Source: Macrostomum lignano
Lineage: Eukaryota
Assembly: GCA_002269645.1 (NCBI GenBank)
Contig: NIVC01001708.1
Span: 183,843 to 247,842 of the forward strand
DNA length: 64,000 nt
Reading direction: 5' to 3'
Part shown: positions 1-11,636 of the stretch, one piece after another
Layout: the number at the start of each line of letters is the position of its first letter
Position numbering within the stretch: position 1 is the first letter of the stretch
Notes under the pieces: generated by a model
Told to the model about the DNA's origin: nothing
The model's database searches: none
Seen by the model: only the letters and a program-made list of their open reading frames with translations
Translations under genes and position numbers: made by a program

Positions 1-1455
1 TTTTCCTTATGCCAGATTCAAGATGCCATTTTCCTTATGCCAGATTCAAGATGCCATTTTCCTTATGCCAGTTTAAGATGCCATTTTCCTTATGCCATTT
101 TCCTTATGCCAGTTTAAGATGCCATTTTTCTTATGCCAGTTTAAGATACCATTTTCCTTATGCCAGTTTAAGATTTCATTTTCCTTATGCCAGATTCAAG
201 ATGCCATTTTCCTTATGCCAGTTTAAGATGCCATTTTCCTTATGCCATTTTCCTTATGCCAGTTTAAGATGCCATTTTCCTTATGTCAGTTTAAGATGCC
301 ATTTTCCTTATGCCAGTTTAAGATTTCATTTTCCTTATGCCAGATTCAAGATGCCATTTTTCTTATGTCAGTTTAAGATGCCATTTTCCTTATGTCAGTT
401 TAAGACGCCATTTTCCTGATGTCAGTTTAAGACGCCATTTTCCTTATGCCATTTTTAAGATGCCATTTTCCTTATGTCAGTTTAAGATGCCATTTTCCTT
501 ATGCCAGTTTAAGATGCCATTTTCCTGATGTCAGTTTAAGATGCCATTTTCCTTATGCCAGATTCAAGATGCCATTTTCCTTATGCCAGATTCAAGATGC
601 CATTTTCCTTATGCCAGATTCAAGATTCCATTTTCCTTATGCCAGATTCAAGATGCCATTTTCCTTGTGCCAGTTTAAGATGCCATTTTCCTTATGCCAG
701 ATTCAAGATGCCATTTTCCTTATGCCAGTTTTAAGATGCCATTTTCCTTATGCCAGATTCAAGATGCCATTTTCCTTATGCCAGATTCAAGATGCCATTT
801 TCCTTATGCCAGATTCAAGATGCCATTTTCCTTATGCCAGATTCAAGATGCCATTTTCCTTATGCCAGATTCAAGATGCCATTTTCCTTATGCCAGATTC
901 AAGATGCCATTTTCCTTATGCCAGATTCAAGATGCCATTTTCCTTATGCCAGATTCAAGATGCCATTTTCCTTATGCCAGATTCAAGATGCCATTTTCCT
1001 TGTGCCAGTTTAAGATGCCATTTTCCTTATGCCAGATTCAAGATGCCATTTTCCTTATGCCAGATTCAAGATGCCATTTTCCTTATGCCAGTTTTAAGAT
1101 GCCATTTTCCTTATGCCAGATTCAAGATGCCATTTTCCTTATGCCAGATTTACGATGCCATTTCCTTATGCCAGTTTAAGATACCATTTTCCTTATGCCA
1201 GATTCAAGATGCCATTTTCCTTATGCCAGTTTAAGATACCATTTTCCTTATGCCAGATTCAAGATGCCATTTTCCTTATGTCAGTTTAAGATGCCATTTT
1301 CCTTATGCCAGTTTAAGATGCCATTTTCCTTATGCCAGTTTAAGATGCCATTTTCCTTATGCCAGTTTAAGATGCCATTTTCCTTATGCCATTTTCCTTA
1401 TGCCAGTTTAAGATGCCATTTTCCTTATGTCAGTTTAAGATGCCATTTTCCTTTA
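1..1455. repeat. 27/28-bp minisatellite (TTTTCCTTATGCCAGATTCAAGATGCCA / TTTTCCTTATGCCAGTTTAAGATGCCA), runs off the window start
   Basis: Directly visible tandem units; explains the periodic ORFs at 9-1470. Confidence 0.97.
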
Positions 1456-2039
1456 TGCAATTTTCATTAGACCATCTCACTTTTCTCAGCCTATGACTAC
1501 ACACACGACTAAATTTAAAAATATCAAATATAGAAAGAACAAAAACGTTAGAAAGCGTCTTAGTTTGACAACTGTAATAATAATATTCATAGAAAGCAAC
1601 AACAGACTCGAATACTAATAAAAGGATCAATCAGTTAAACGAATGATGACGCTCTGCGAATTTCTCTGTGCTAGAGACAAAAAACAATCAAAAAAGCAAA
1701 TTAAGAGATTCGCTGGCAATAAATCGAAAAAGAATATTGAAATCCACAGTTATGAGTACGATAGTTAAAAGATAAAAAACTGATTTATTCAGATGATTTC
1801 AACCTAGCAAAATGGAACATGAAAAGACATTAAACAGCCTTACACTATATAGTGGCAATAAAAAGAAAGTTAAATAGACATCAAATATACAAATGCCTTG
1901 ATTTTGCTTTAATCTTGCATGAAGATCTTAAAGCACAAGACCTAACTAACATATTCTAATATAATCACAGATTGAACCAGATATTAATCTTCAGAAATTA
2001 ATCATACACAAAAACATGGATTTCATATTCCAATTTGAA

Positions 2040-2546
2040 ATCGCATATCCCACTCTACAATTTCATATCCCAATCTTAAATCCCATATCCCACTCTTAAA
2101 TCCCATTATCCCAATACTAAATCTCAATCTCAAATCCCATATCCCACTCTCAAATCCCACATCCCACTCTCAAATCCCACATCCCACTCTCAAATCCCAC
2201 ATCCCACTATCAAATCCAATATCCCACTCTCAAATCCCACATCCCACTATCAAATCCCATATCCCACTCTCAAATCCCACATCCCACTCTCAAATCCCAC
2301 ATCCCACTATCAAATCCCATATCCCACTCTCAAATCCCATATCCCAATTATAAATCCCATATCCCACTCTCAAATCCCATATCCCAATTATAAATCCCAT
2401 ATCCCAATCATAAATCCCATAATCCCACTATCAAATCCCATATCCCACTCTCAAATCCCATATCCCACTCTCAATCCCACATCCCACTATCAAATCCCAT
2501 ATCCCACTCTCAAATCCCATATCCCAATCATAAATCTCAAATCCCA
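2040..2546. repeat. 20-bp minisatellite (ATCCCACTCTCAAATCCCAC/T) directly after the stop codon of the KDEL-receptor-like gene
   Basis: Tandem units visible; the array abuts the minus-strand TAG at 2549-2547. Confidence 0.93.
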
Positions 2547-3866
2547 CTACGCGCAGCTTCGATGCGAGGCAGCGGCAGCCGCCCTCACCCGCCTATCAGC
2601 CCGATAATAAACCCGGCAGAAGTCCAGCAGCAGCAGGGTCTGCAAGCAGCCGGCCGCAGCCTCCAGACTGTCTGGCAGGGCGATGCCGATTGGCGCGCTG
2701 TGGGGGGATCCGCCGGACAGCCGGCGCAGCTCCATCAGCGAGTGCGCGCCGTGACAGGCGCGGTAAGCCAGCAAAGCCAGCAGGTAGCGCGGCCTGAGCA
2801 CGCTGAGCAGACGCGAACTGGAGGCCGCAGCTTCAGAGTCGTCAGTCTGGGCAGAGTAGAGGAACAGCTGCGGGAGCAGCGCCACCGACTCAAGGTAGAC
2901 GCCGAAGGAGCGCAACAGCTCAGCCGGGGTGAACTCGCGACAGGCCAACGCGGCCAGGCCGGCCGACGGTACGGCTAGGAGGGCCGAGGCGAACTGCTTC
3001 AACAGCAGCGGGCCGGAGGCAGCCGCGATGGCGCGCTGCTGGGAGATCACCTGGAGAGATCGGTTGAGTACAGTACTGTTAGTCAGTCAGTCAGTCAGTC
3101 AGTCAGTCAGTCAGTCAGTCAGTCAGTCAGTCAGTCAGTCAGTCAGTCAGTCAGTCAGTCAGTCAGTCAGTCAGTCAGTCAGTCAGTCAGTCAGTCAGTC
3201 AGTCAGTCAGTCAGTCAGTCAGTCAGTCAGTCAGTCAGTCAGTCAGTCAGTCAGTCAGTCAGTCAGTCAGTCAGTCAGTCAGTCAGTCAGTCAGTCAGTC
3301 AGTCAGTCAGTCAGTCAGTCAGTCAGTCAGTCAGTCAGTCAGTCAGTCAGTCAGTCAGTCAGTCAGTCAGTCAGTCAGTCAGTCAGTCAGTCAGTCAGTC
3401 AGTCAGTCAGTCAGTCAGTCAGTCAGTCAGTCAGTCAGTCAGTCAGTCAGTCAGTCAGTCAGTCAGTCAGTCAGTCAGTCAGTCAGTCAGTCAGTCAGTC
3501 AGTCAGTCAGTCAGTCAGTCAGTCAGTCAGTCAGTCAGTCAGTCATCGTTTTCACCGAAAAACACCGTTTTCTAATCGCTAATTTCCGCTACCAACCTGA
3601 AGAGCGACCATCCACACGAGCATCACAGTCAGCAGTTCCACTGCACTGGCCGCCACTGCCGCAGCATCTGCTGGCCATCCGTGGCAGCAGCAGCAACTGC
3701 TGCGGGCAGTCAGCGCCGCTGCCAGCAAAATCTGCGAATTAACCGACAGTCCCAAGGCCGAGCGAGCGCCGGGGCATCGCCGCAGGCTGGAGCAGAGCAG
3801 GCCCAATGAGCACAGTTGGCACAGGTTGCCGGCTATGTGCAGAGGCTCATCCTCTCTGCTGCACAT
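2547..3866 (-). CDS. Divergent ER lumen protein-retaining receptor (ERD2/KDEL receptor family), 2 exons: 3866-3597 and 3050-2547, 257 aa
   Basis: ERD2 motifs SQILL...TAR, FTPAELLRSFGVYLESVALLPQL, YLLALLAYR, QTLLLLDF. A GT (3596) to AG (3051) phase-0 intron joins the frames. An additional upstream exon cannot be excluded. Confidence 0.82.
3081..3544. repeat. Perfect (AGTC)n microsatellite, about 116 units, filling the KDELR-like intron
   Basis: Directly visible. Confidence 0.99.
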
Positions 3867-4315
3867 CCCGCTGAGACTAGCTTGCTCAGCCGCACTGAGC
3901 CTGCTGTTGTGAACAACTGCTCCAATATGGCTGCAGAAGACAAGAAGTAGAGATATCTCAATTGAGAGTAGAAAGGGATAAAGGGAGAGTAGAAAGGGAT
4001 AAAGGGGAGAGAAGAAAGGGATAAAAGGGATAAAAGGGAGAGTTACTATAAATAATAGTAAACTTAAAATACATTTTTTACAACTAAGATTATCTAGATA
4101 AAACCTAATATATCAATAAGACATTTTTAATTTTCAATGCACTATAGCTAGGCTAACCTATTTTATTAGAACTTTTAATTAATTAATTAATTAATAACTA
4201 ATACTAATAAATAGCCAAGCCAAAAAACCTAGTCAATTAAGCCTAGCATAATAACAATAGGTTTAGACTATATCTATTAGTATTGATAGAAATTTTAACT
4301 TGCAATAACTAACAA

Positions 4316-4590
4316 AAATTTGGTTGGCCATGTGACTTAGTTTTAACAAAAATGCAACGTAGTTTTTGGCCAAAAATGCAATTTACATGTAAAAAACCTA
4401 AAGCAAAATTAATGCAACTATGGGGAAATGGCAGGAGTAACTAGGAGTTTACTTATTAAGTAAAAATGCCTCATCAGCTACTTAGTACTACTACTTTGGT
4501 ATTTTTTCGGGTGGGCATTTTTGCGACTTCCTTGATCTGCCGCCAAATTGGTTGGCCAGATTGGCCGACTTGGCCGACTATTGCGCATGT
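4316..4590 (+). repeat. Interspersed repeat, copy 1 (homologous to about 27795-28090)
   Basis: Shared blocks such as AAATTTGGTTGGCCATG, AAAGCAAAATTAATGCAACT, AAATGGCAGGAGTAACTA and GGGTGGGCATTTTTGC. Confidence 0.9.
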
Positions 4591-4751
4591 ATGATAACTA
4601 AGGATATCATTATTTTTCATAAAATAATTAAACATACAAAACTAGAGGATTGCTGGTCCTTGCTTGAGATTTGAAATTAATATGAAAACTAGATTTGGAT
4701 CCAGAAAATTTTAAATGGGAAACATAGACTATTAAAGTACATATATATATA

Positions 4752-5952
4752 TGCCCCCATTAAATTAGAATTTTTCATTTTTTAATAAAAAATACGGCAT
4801 TCTTTCATTTTAGAAGACCCTTTATATATCAAATAGGAAGCTGGCAGTTTCGAAAAAGAAGACCTGCCTAAAACATAGGAAGCTGCTCACATTATTGTTG
4901 TCTATTATTTTGTTTGTTTATTCTTAATGGCTTTGTGTGTCCTTTATTACAGTTTATATTACAGTTTTGTTTTAGAAGACCGTCAAGCTACTATTTCATT
5001 GAAGGTCTTTTAAAATGAAGGTGGTAGGGTTGGCAGCAACAAAAGCTGCAGAAACGTAGGGTTTAGATGATTAGTTTTCCTGTGTCGGCCTTGGGTACAT
5101 TTTTATGAATGTCTGATATATACAGTTTCGTTTAAAAAGACCAACAATGTTTCCATTAAAGCATCCATTAGATTAAAGGTCTTCCGAAACAAAAGTAAGG
5201 GATATGGAAGAAAAGCAATCTATTGTGGTCTAGAAATTCAACAGAAACAATGTTCTAAAACGTTTTGTTCTCTTAAGGTTTCTTACTTTCGTAATGCAAG
5301 ACCTCCGTGTTGTAAATACTTAGGTGAAATGAGTTGGGTCTTCTTTTTTGAAGGTGAGGGGGGTGCATACGCACGCTGCTTTTATGCATTTCTGAATCTT
5401 TCATACTCGTACAAGTATCTTTCATCCGTATTTACCCCATGTAGGTCGCTGATGACGATGTACCAACTCGATGATAGCTTGCTGCTTCTTTCTTACTTTC
5501 GTTTCATGAGACCTACAAGCAATATTCCTATTATGTAGTCTTCTAAAACGAAAGTATATATACATAGTGACCTTATGGCACTAGTGTATTATAGTTTGAC
5601 AGGCTGGGTATGAGATTGGTGGAATAAACGCTTGCGATTACAGTATAACAACTTTGTGTGAAATTAAGCACTGTCGATTAAAGCATCAACTTTGTGTGGA
5701 ATTAACTTTTGCTACACTTTCATTTTGTTAGTGAATGCTCGTTTTTGATTGATTTCTTCCCCTTTTCCATGGGTCTTCCATTACGAAAGTCACACATTTT
5801 TGGGTCTTCTATAACGAAACAATGCCAAAAATACATTATTGTATACATTATTGTAAGGATATTGTATAAGAGTATACATTATAGTATATAATAATGTATT
5901 ACTATAATGTATTTTTTATTAAAAAAGAAAAATTCTAATTCAATGGGGGCAT
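4752..5952. repeat. About 44-bp inverted repeat pair (4752-4795 and 5909-5952), probably a decayed non-autonomous DNA transposon
   Basis: TGCCCCCATTAAATTAGAATTTTTC..TTTTTTAATAAAAAATAC recurs in reverse complement; a hAT-MITE-like end CTGCCACTG lies near 5985-5993. The matching left end was not found. Confidence 0.55.
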
Positions 5953-6013
5953 GTGCCCTGTGCTGTGCGCCTATTACCTAAATCTGCCACTGATGAAGAC
6001 TACAATCCATTCA

Positions 6014-7272
6014 CAGTGTTGGGCAAGTTACTCAAAAAAAGTAACTTGCGTTACTGTAACTTAAGCTACCACTTTTTAAAAAGTAACTTACGTTAGCCTA
6101 GTAACTTTGAACAAAAACCCGGTAACTTTTAAGTTACTTCCGTTACTTACTTCCGTTACCTATGTTATTAACAAAATTTTCTGCTTTTTTAACATTGCAA
6201 ATGTGATGGAACAGCACAAATGATCGCGAAAGCCAGGAGGAAGAATACAACAACATTAATTTCAGTAACTGTATTAAATTTTAATCACTTTAGGCCCTTT
6301 CCGTAAAAAGAAGAGAAGCTGAAGGTCAGAAACGTTAAAGGCAAAACGCAATTTAATTTTTAATAACATTATAAGTTATAATACACAAGGACAACTTAAC
6401 GTAACTTCAGTTGTCCTTGATAATACATCGCTCGTAATAAGTACCTGGCTTTACTCCACTCTACAGTCTGCTTTACTAGTCTTTTTATTTATTTTCAATT
6501 ATTATCATTAATATTAAATTATTGTGCAGTGCAGTGCAGTGCCAGTGGACTTTAGTGGTGTAGCCAGGGAGGCCGCCTTAACAATCGTTGGGGCGGCAAC
6601 TTCACCCCACCTGCAAGACACCCCACCTGGGGGGGGGGGGTGGGGTTGGGCGTGGCGGGTACCAAAAACCATGAGGCGATTGAGTGCCTGCGGCGCTTAA
6701 ATGAGTGCCTGCGGCGCTTAAATGAGTGCTTGCGGCGCTAAAATGAGTGCCTGCGGCGCTAAAAGTGGCAATGGCATGAGGCATGGCCAGCCAGGCCAAC
6801 CCGCCCCCCCCCAATTAAAATTCCTGGCTACGTCGATCACTGAGTGGATTTGTGGAGACTACAGATGAATTTCTTTCTTTGGTTGTTTGTTTCTAAGAAC
6901 TAAACAAAATATTTTTATTAACTTAAAAACGAAAAGCAAAAATATTTTACCGAAAATAACAAAGTAAAAACATGTTTCAAGTATTTCTTTATTAATTACA
7001 GCGTAATACCGTATGATATTATTCACTTAGTTTTGAATTTAGGAATGAAAAATGCTAAAAATGTGACAACTGGAGTAATAGCTAAGCATATCAGTTTTAA
7101 ATTTAAATATTGCGATTGTTGCAAAGTAACTGTAACGGACTTCCGAAATTTGAGTAACTTACCGTTACTCCGTTACCAAAATAGGAAAGTAACTTGCGTA
7201 AGGAACGCTTTACGAAAAAGTAACTTGCGTTACCATTTACAAGTTACTCGGTAACGGAAGTGCCCAACACTG
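6014..7272. mobile_element. Non-autonomous hAT-type DNA transposon
   Basis: 12-bp TIR CAGTGTTGGGCA (6014) / TGCCCAACACTG (7261-7272); perfect 8-bp TSD TCCATTCA (6006-6013, 7273-7280); GTAAC/GTTAC-rich subterminal repeats; no transposase ORF. Confidence 0.93.
6553..6842. mobile_element. Small hAT-like MITE nested in the 6014-7272 element
   Basis: Imperfect TIRs TAGTGGTGTAGCCAGG / CCTGGCTACGTCGATCACTG; near-TSD AGTGGA(C)TT / AGTGGATT; internal 20-bp tandem AAATGAGTGCCTGCGGCGCT. Confidence 0.65.
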
Positions 7273-8349
7273 TCCATTCATGGCCATGATGGACATGTTT
7301 CATTCTTTTATTCATATACTGGTACATTTGGGGCCAATATTTGTTAAATGGCCAAAATAATTTTCTTAGATAAGCTATGCTGTCCAGCTGCAGCTGTGGC
7401 CTGTGGTAGGCTGCTAGGTCTCAATATTATAGCCTAGTACTAGTACTACCACCACTAGTTCTAGTAGTTAAGTAGTAGTTGTAGGTATGGAACAATTATA
7501 TACAATAACAATAGTGGACCCATGGAGACCCCTGATGCTTTTGCATGAAACAAAATGTTTCGGCCTAAGCAAACAGGATTCTATTAAAATGACTAATAAT
7601 TAAGGTGCAGGGCTATACTGTTGATTATATTATCGCTACTTGTACTAGCTAGTCCTAAAATTGATAACGCTCACTTCTATTCTAGGAATCTTTCAGTCAA
7701 ACAGCAGTTGAATATGTGGCAAATATGAGCAAAAAACAAATGCTTGTTTTTTCACTGCTGTTAAATGTTTGTAAAAGCAAAAAATTTCACAAAATTGTTA
7801 AATATATTTTATTTTCAATAGCTTTAGCTAGTTGTAGTTATTAGGATTTAACATACGACATGAATAAAAGCCGAGGCTGTTGCCCACAGGACCCCGGGTC
7901 CTGCACGCAATGGCGTGGTGAACTATCTGTGCAGTATGAGACTGGTATGGCCTCTATCACAGCCAGCGATGCTCACACCTACCTCCCCTGGCGGGCTGAT
8001 AGCTCAAGAGACTCTGTCTCCTGATTTTCACCTTGCAAGGCGCACTTCGAAGGGTACGATCGTCCCGTGGGTGTTAAGGCAGGCCTTCCTGGGCCTTGCC
8101 GAGCTGATTCGTTGGTGCCGGGTCCTGGTGTGACCATATAAACGCTCCCTCTAATGTCCCAGTGTAACTCCGTGCTGATGGACGCTTGGCCAGGGAGTAG
8201 TCTGGTCACTAACGGTTCCCCTTGCGCTTTTGGGTCCCCCCGCAGGGTGGTATTTTGCTTTTTGAGGGCCTGCCGCTTGGTTTGGGGTTGCGACCTTGCG
8301 GCTCTTTGCCTGTGTTCTGCAGGAAGTTCCATCTTTTTACTTCCAGCCA

Positions 8350-9846
8350 ATGGCTTCTAGCCGAAGTAATCAACCGGCTGTGGATGACACAGTGCCTCGG
8401 CTGGGGCCGTGGACTCCGCGGCCATACCACCTGCTACCATCGGGGACGCCTCGGCGAGACCCGTGGAGCCAAATCTGAGCGGTGCCTCCAAGAACTCCAA
8501 GAAGACACCTGCTACTCCAGCTGCCAAGCAGCTGAGCACCACCTCTGGAGCTGCCCGCCGTCGACTTAACAAGGCGAGGCGGGCCAAGGAGGGCGGAAGC
8601 CTAACCGGCGCCAGGGGCCAACGGCCCGCGGCAGTGGAAGCTTCCCAATCTGGGGCGGTGGCGGAAGGGGGCCTCGAGCCCACTGAAGTCCCTGGCCAGG
8701 ATAGGGAGGTCGATGCAGCCGGGAGGGTGGACAGCCCACTTGAAGAAGGCTCCACCGACCCCCGGGCCTCCTACGCTGATGCGGCAAAGAGGCAACCGGC
8801 GGTTGTCATTCTGTGGAAGGACGCGCGCCTGTCCCCCGACCAGCTGAAGCAGGTGAGAGGTGCCGTTGATGGCCTCCTGTGGAAGCTAACTCTGAATAGC
8901 ACACCTCTGAACATTCATTCGAATGCGACGAGGGACTCGTGCCTTCTCATTTGGCCCAGTGATGCTGACTCGGGTCGGCGGCTCCTTGAGCTGCTGCCCG
9001 AGCAGAGCTGGGACCTCAATTTAGCCTTCTGCAGAGAGGACGAGCACCCCCGGACCAAGAGGCACCGAATCTGGGTTCCGGCCAGGAGCGTCGTTACTTC
9101 TGCTGACGAGCTCCGGAAAGGACTGCTAGCAGTCAACCGACAGCTTCCCGCCACGGGCCTAGTGGTGCATGACACCCTTAAGCGCACCGACGGCACTGGC
9201 TTCACAGCCGTCCTGGGGCTATCGGACGCCTGGATGAGGCGCTATCCACACGGCAGCTTCGTCAACGTCGGCCTTTGGAAGCTGCGCATCCGCTCCTACG
9301 AGGCCGACCCTCCCCGTGGCAGTGAGCAGGGCGGGCGGGATGCGGAGGCGGCCGGGGCAGAGGCGGGAGCTTCTGCTCAGGCTGCCAAAGCAAACCGCCC
9401 CGCCCGGCAGCACGGCCGCGCGGGTAAAGCTGAACGCGCTGCTGAGGGCGGAGGTGACCGACGCCCGGCGCGCAGCACCAAGCGGCGCGGCCTGAACCAG
9501 CGCGCAGCTGAGGCAGTCCGTACCGCCAAAATCACCCAGCTGAGGCGAGAGTTCGTCCAGGGAGGGTGGGGACGTCCCAGCTGGGCCCAACCCCTCGGGG
9601 CAGGGCCGACTGGAGACGGACCCGCCTGCCCAGGCGGCTGGCTGCTCCAGGGCATTGGGCCAGTCTGAAGCGGAGGACCCCGTGGCCGGTGGGCGAAGGG
9701 CGGCGAACGCTGCCTACTGCCTTCCAACCAATCGGGGGCCTTTTGCTGAAGAGGAGCCTATGGACACCGGCGACCCCGACCCGAAGCCGGTGAGCGCCGA
9801 GGAAGAGGAGGAACTCCAGGCGGCTGCAACACCCGATCTGCTCTGA
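8350..9846 (+). CDS. LINE ORF1 (gag-like, resembles the LOA/R1 DUF4780-type ORF1), reconstructed across two single-G frameshifts
   Basis: ATG at 8350 (MASSRSNQ), main frame 8409-9668, tail frame ending TGA 9844-9846. Both frame breaks fall in G-runs (about 8402 and 9565). The stop overlaps the ORF2 ATG (TGATG). Confidence 0.65.
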
Positions 9847-10257
9847 TGCCAGCGGCTACCTGGTGTCTGCAGATCAACACCCAGCACTGCGTGGCGGCGT
9901 CAGTCAATCTGATGCGCACGACAGAGCAACAGCTTCCGGGCCTGGTCTTCGTGCAGGAGCCCTGGATGACTAAAGGTAAGCCAAATAATGTGCCATCTGG
10001 CCACCACTGTTTTTGCATGGCGGGCTCTCAGCCTCGCCCTAGATCTCTGGTCTTTGCTGCTAAAGCCTTTGAGGCATGGATGAGACCTAATCTCTCGACT
10101 GGGGACATCTGTGTTGTTCAAATCAATAACTTCATTCCCAATAAACCTGTGCTGGCAGCATCTGCCTATTTCCCAGGCGATGCCCCAGTAGTCTGCGACG
10201 CGCTAGTCAACCCCATTGACTACGCCGCGTCCCGTCGGTTCGAGCTGCTCATTGCAG
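9846..10257 (+). pseudogene. Truncated APE-type endonuclease (ORF2 N-terminus)
   Basis: LQINTQH, VFVQEPW, PRPRSLV, DICVV, ASAYFP and LLIA motifs; breaks where GDxNAH is expected. Confidence 0.85.
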
Positions 10258-10258
10258 A

Positions 10259-11419
10259 GGATGTGATTTTTATATCAAAGGAGAGGCGGCGTAGAGCACC
10301 CGGCGTCTTCTGGATGCTGGGGTGGCCTTCAGGAAAGTGCGGGCCTTTAAGAAGCGGTCGCTTATCCCGCACTCTGACCTCTGCCTGAAGGCTCTCGAGG
10401 AGTGTGGCGGGCTCAACATCCTCACGGACTCGATCCCAGCCACCCTTCTCCTGAGCCAAAGGTATAAGGTCACTATTCAGCCTCGACACGAGTCGAGTGA
10501 CAGCTGGAGCGATGCTGAAGTCCACTGTTACACTGACGGCTCTATGAGGCATGGTCTTTCAGGCTTCGGAGCTTGCGTCTTCTTCAAGGGAGAAGTGGTG
10601 TGGAGCTACTCCCAGCACACTGGGCTCAACTCCAGTGTTTTTCAGAGCGAGGTGCTTGCCATCAGCTCCTGCGCGGCAGAGCTGCGCCAAAGGCAGCTTA
10701 GCGGTCGGAAATTTATTTTTCACTCTGACAGCCAAGCAGCCCTTCGGGCCCTCTGCCGCAGCACCACCAGCTCCAGGTCCGTCCTGGACTGCAACACCCA
10801 GCTCAACGGGCTTGCGCTAGGCAACCAGGTAGAGCTCAGATGGATCCCGGGCCACGCCGGTTTCCTCGGCAACGAGCGCGCTGACCTGCTGGCCAAGGCT
10901 GGCTCCGCCGGCGCGCTGCTGGGGCCGGGCCCGGGAGCCTCCATCCCCGCCTCGGTGATCAACTCCCGCGTTAAGCGCTGGACTGACTCCGAGCATCTCC
11001 GCAGGTGGCACGACACCCGGAATTGTGGGCAATCCCGTGCTGCCGTCCCCTGCCCCTCTCCTCTCCTGCGTAGAGCCCTCCTCAGGCTCAACCGCAGAGA
11101 CCTCAGAGCCGTCAGCATGGCCCTCTCCGGGCATGGCTGCTTCTCTTGCCACCACTTCCTTCAGGGCCAAGTACCCGAAGAGCGGTGCCCCTTCTGCCGC
11201 TCAGGCAGTGAAAACGCCGAGCATTTTATCTGCCACTGCCAGGTTTTCACCAGGGCCAGGCTCACTCACCTCGGGCCAAACCCGGTTCTCTCCGACGTTT
11301 GCAGGCCCGAGAGCATCCCGCTGCTCGCCCGGTACCTCAGGGACACGGGACGAGCTGAGTTCTTCCCCACCGTTGGTGAGGAGGACCGCGCTGCAGGCGA
11401 GACCGACGGGTCCCCCTGA
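10259..11419 (+). pseudogene. ORF2 C-terminus: RNase H plus CCHC zinc finger
   Basis: YTDGS, SVFQSEVLAI, SDSQAAL, WIPGHAGFLGNERADLLAK (D-E-D-D catalytic set); SGHG...CPFC...EHFICHC; one in-frame TAG near 10292. Confidence 0.9.
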
Positions 11420-11636
11420 GCGACATCACTTCAATGGAAGTCATTGGTCGCCAGGGGCTAGCGGAATGGGCGGTCTCCTCCGCCTCCTCGCTGCATCCGC
11501 CGGACGCCCCCTGCAGCTACGAGTAAGTCAAGACATGAATAAAATATTCTTTAAAATACTTTAGCTATCAGAATCTTATGTACAGCTAGCTTAACAGAAT
11601 ACGAGAAAAAGGCTACTCAGGCAGGACGGAAAACTA

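Larger units (their letters stand above)
7870..11531 (+). mobile_element. LOA/R1-like non-LTR retrotransposon with both ends but lacking the reverse transcriptase domain
   Basis: 13-bp TSD GACATGAATAAAA (7857-7869, 11532-11544); gag-like ORF1; APE endonuclease N-half; RNase H and C-terminal CCHC finger; no YADD-type RT motifs between them. Confidence 0.9.

Noticed and set aside
7870-8350. HDV-like self-cleaving ribozyme in the LINE 5' UTR (known from LOA, R2 and RTE elements)
   Set aside because: Several hairpins exist, but I could not build the P1-P2-P3-L3(UCCNCG)-P1.1-P4 topology by hand. An RNArobo/Infernal search would settle it.
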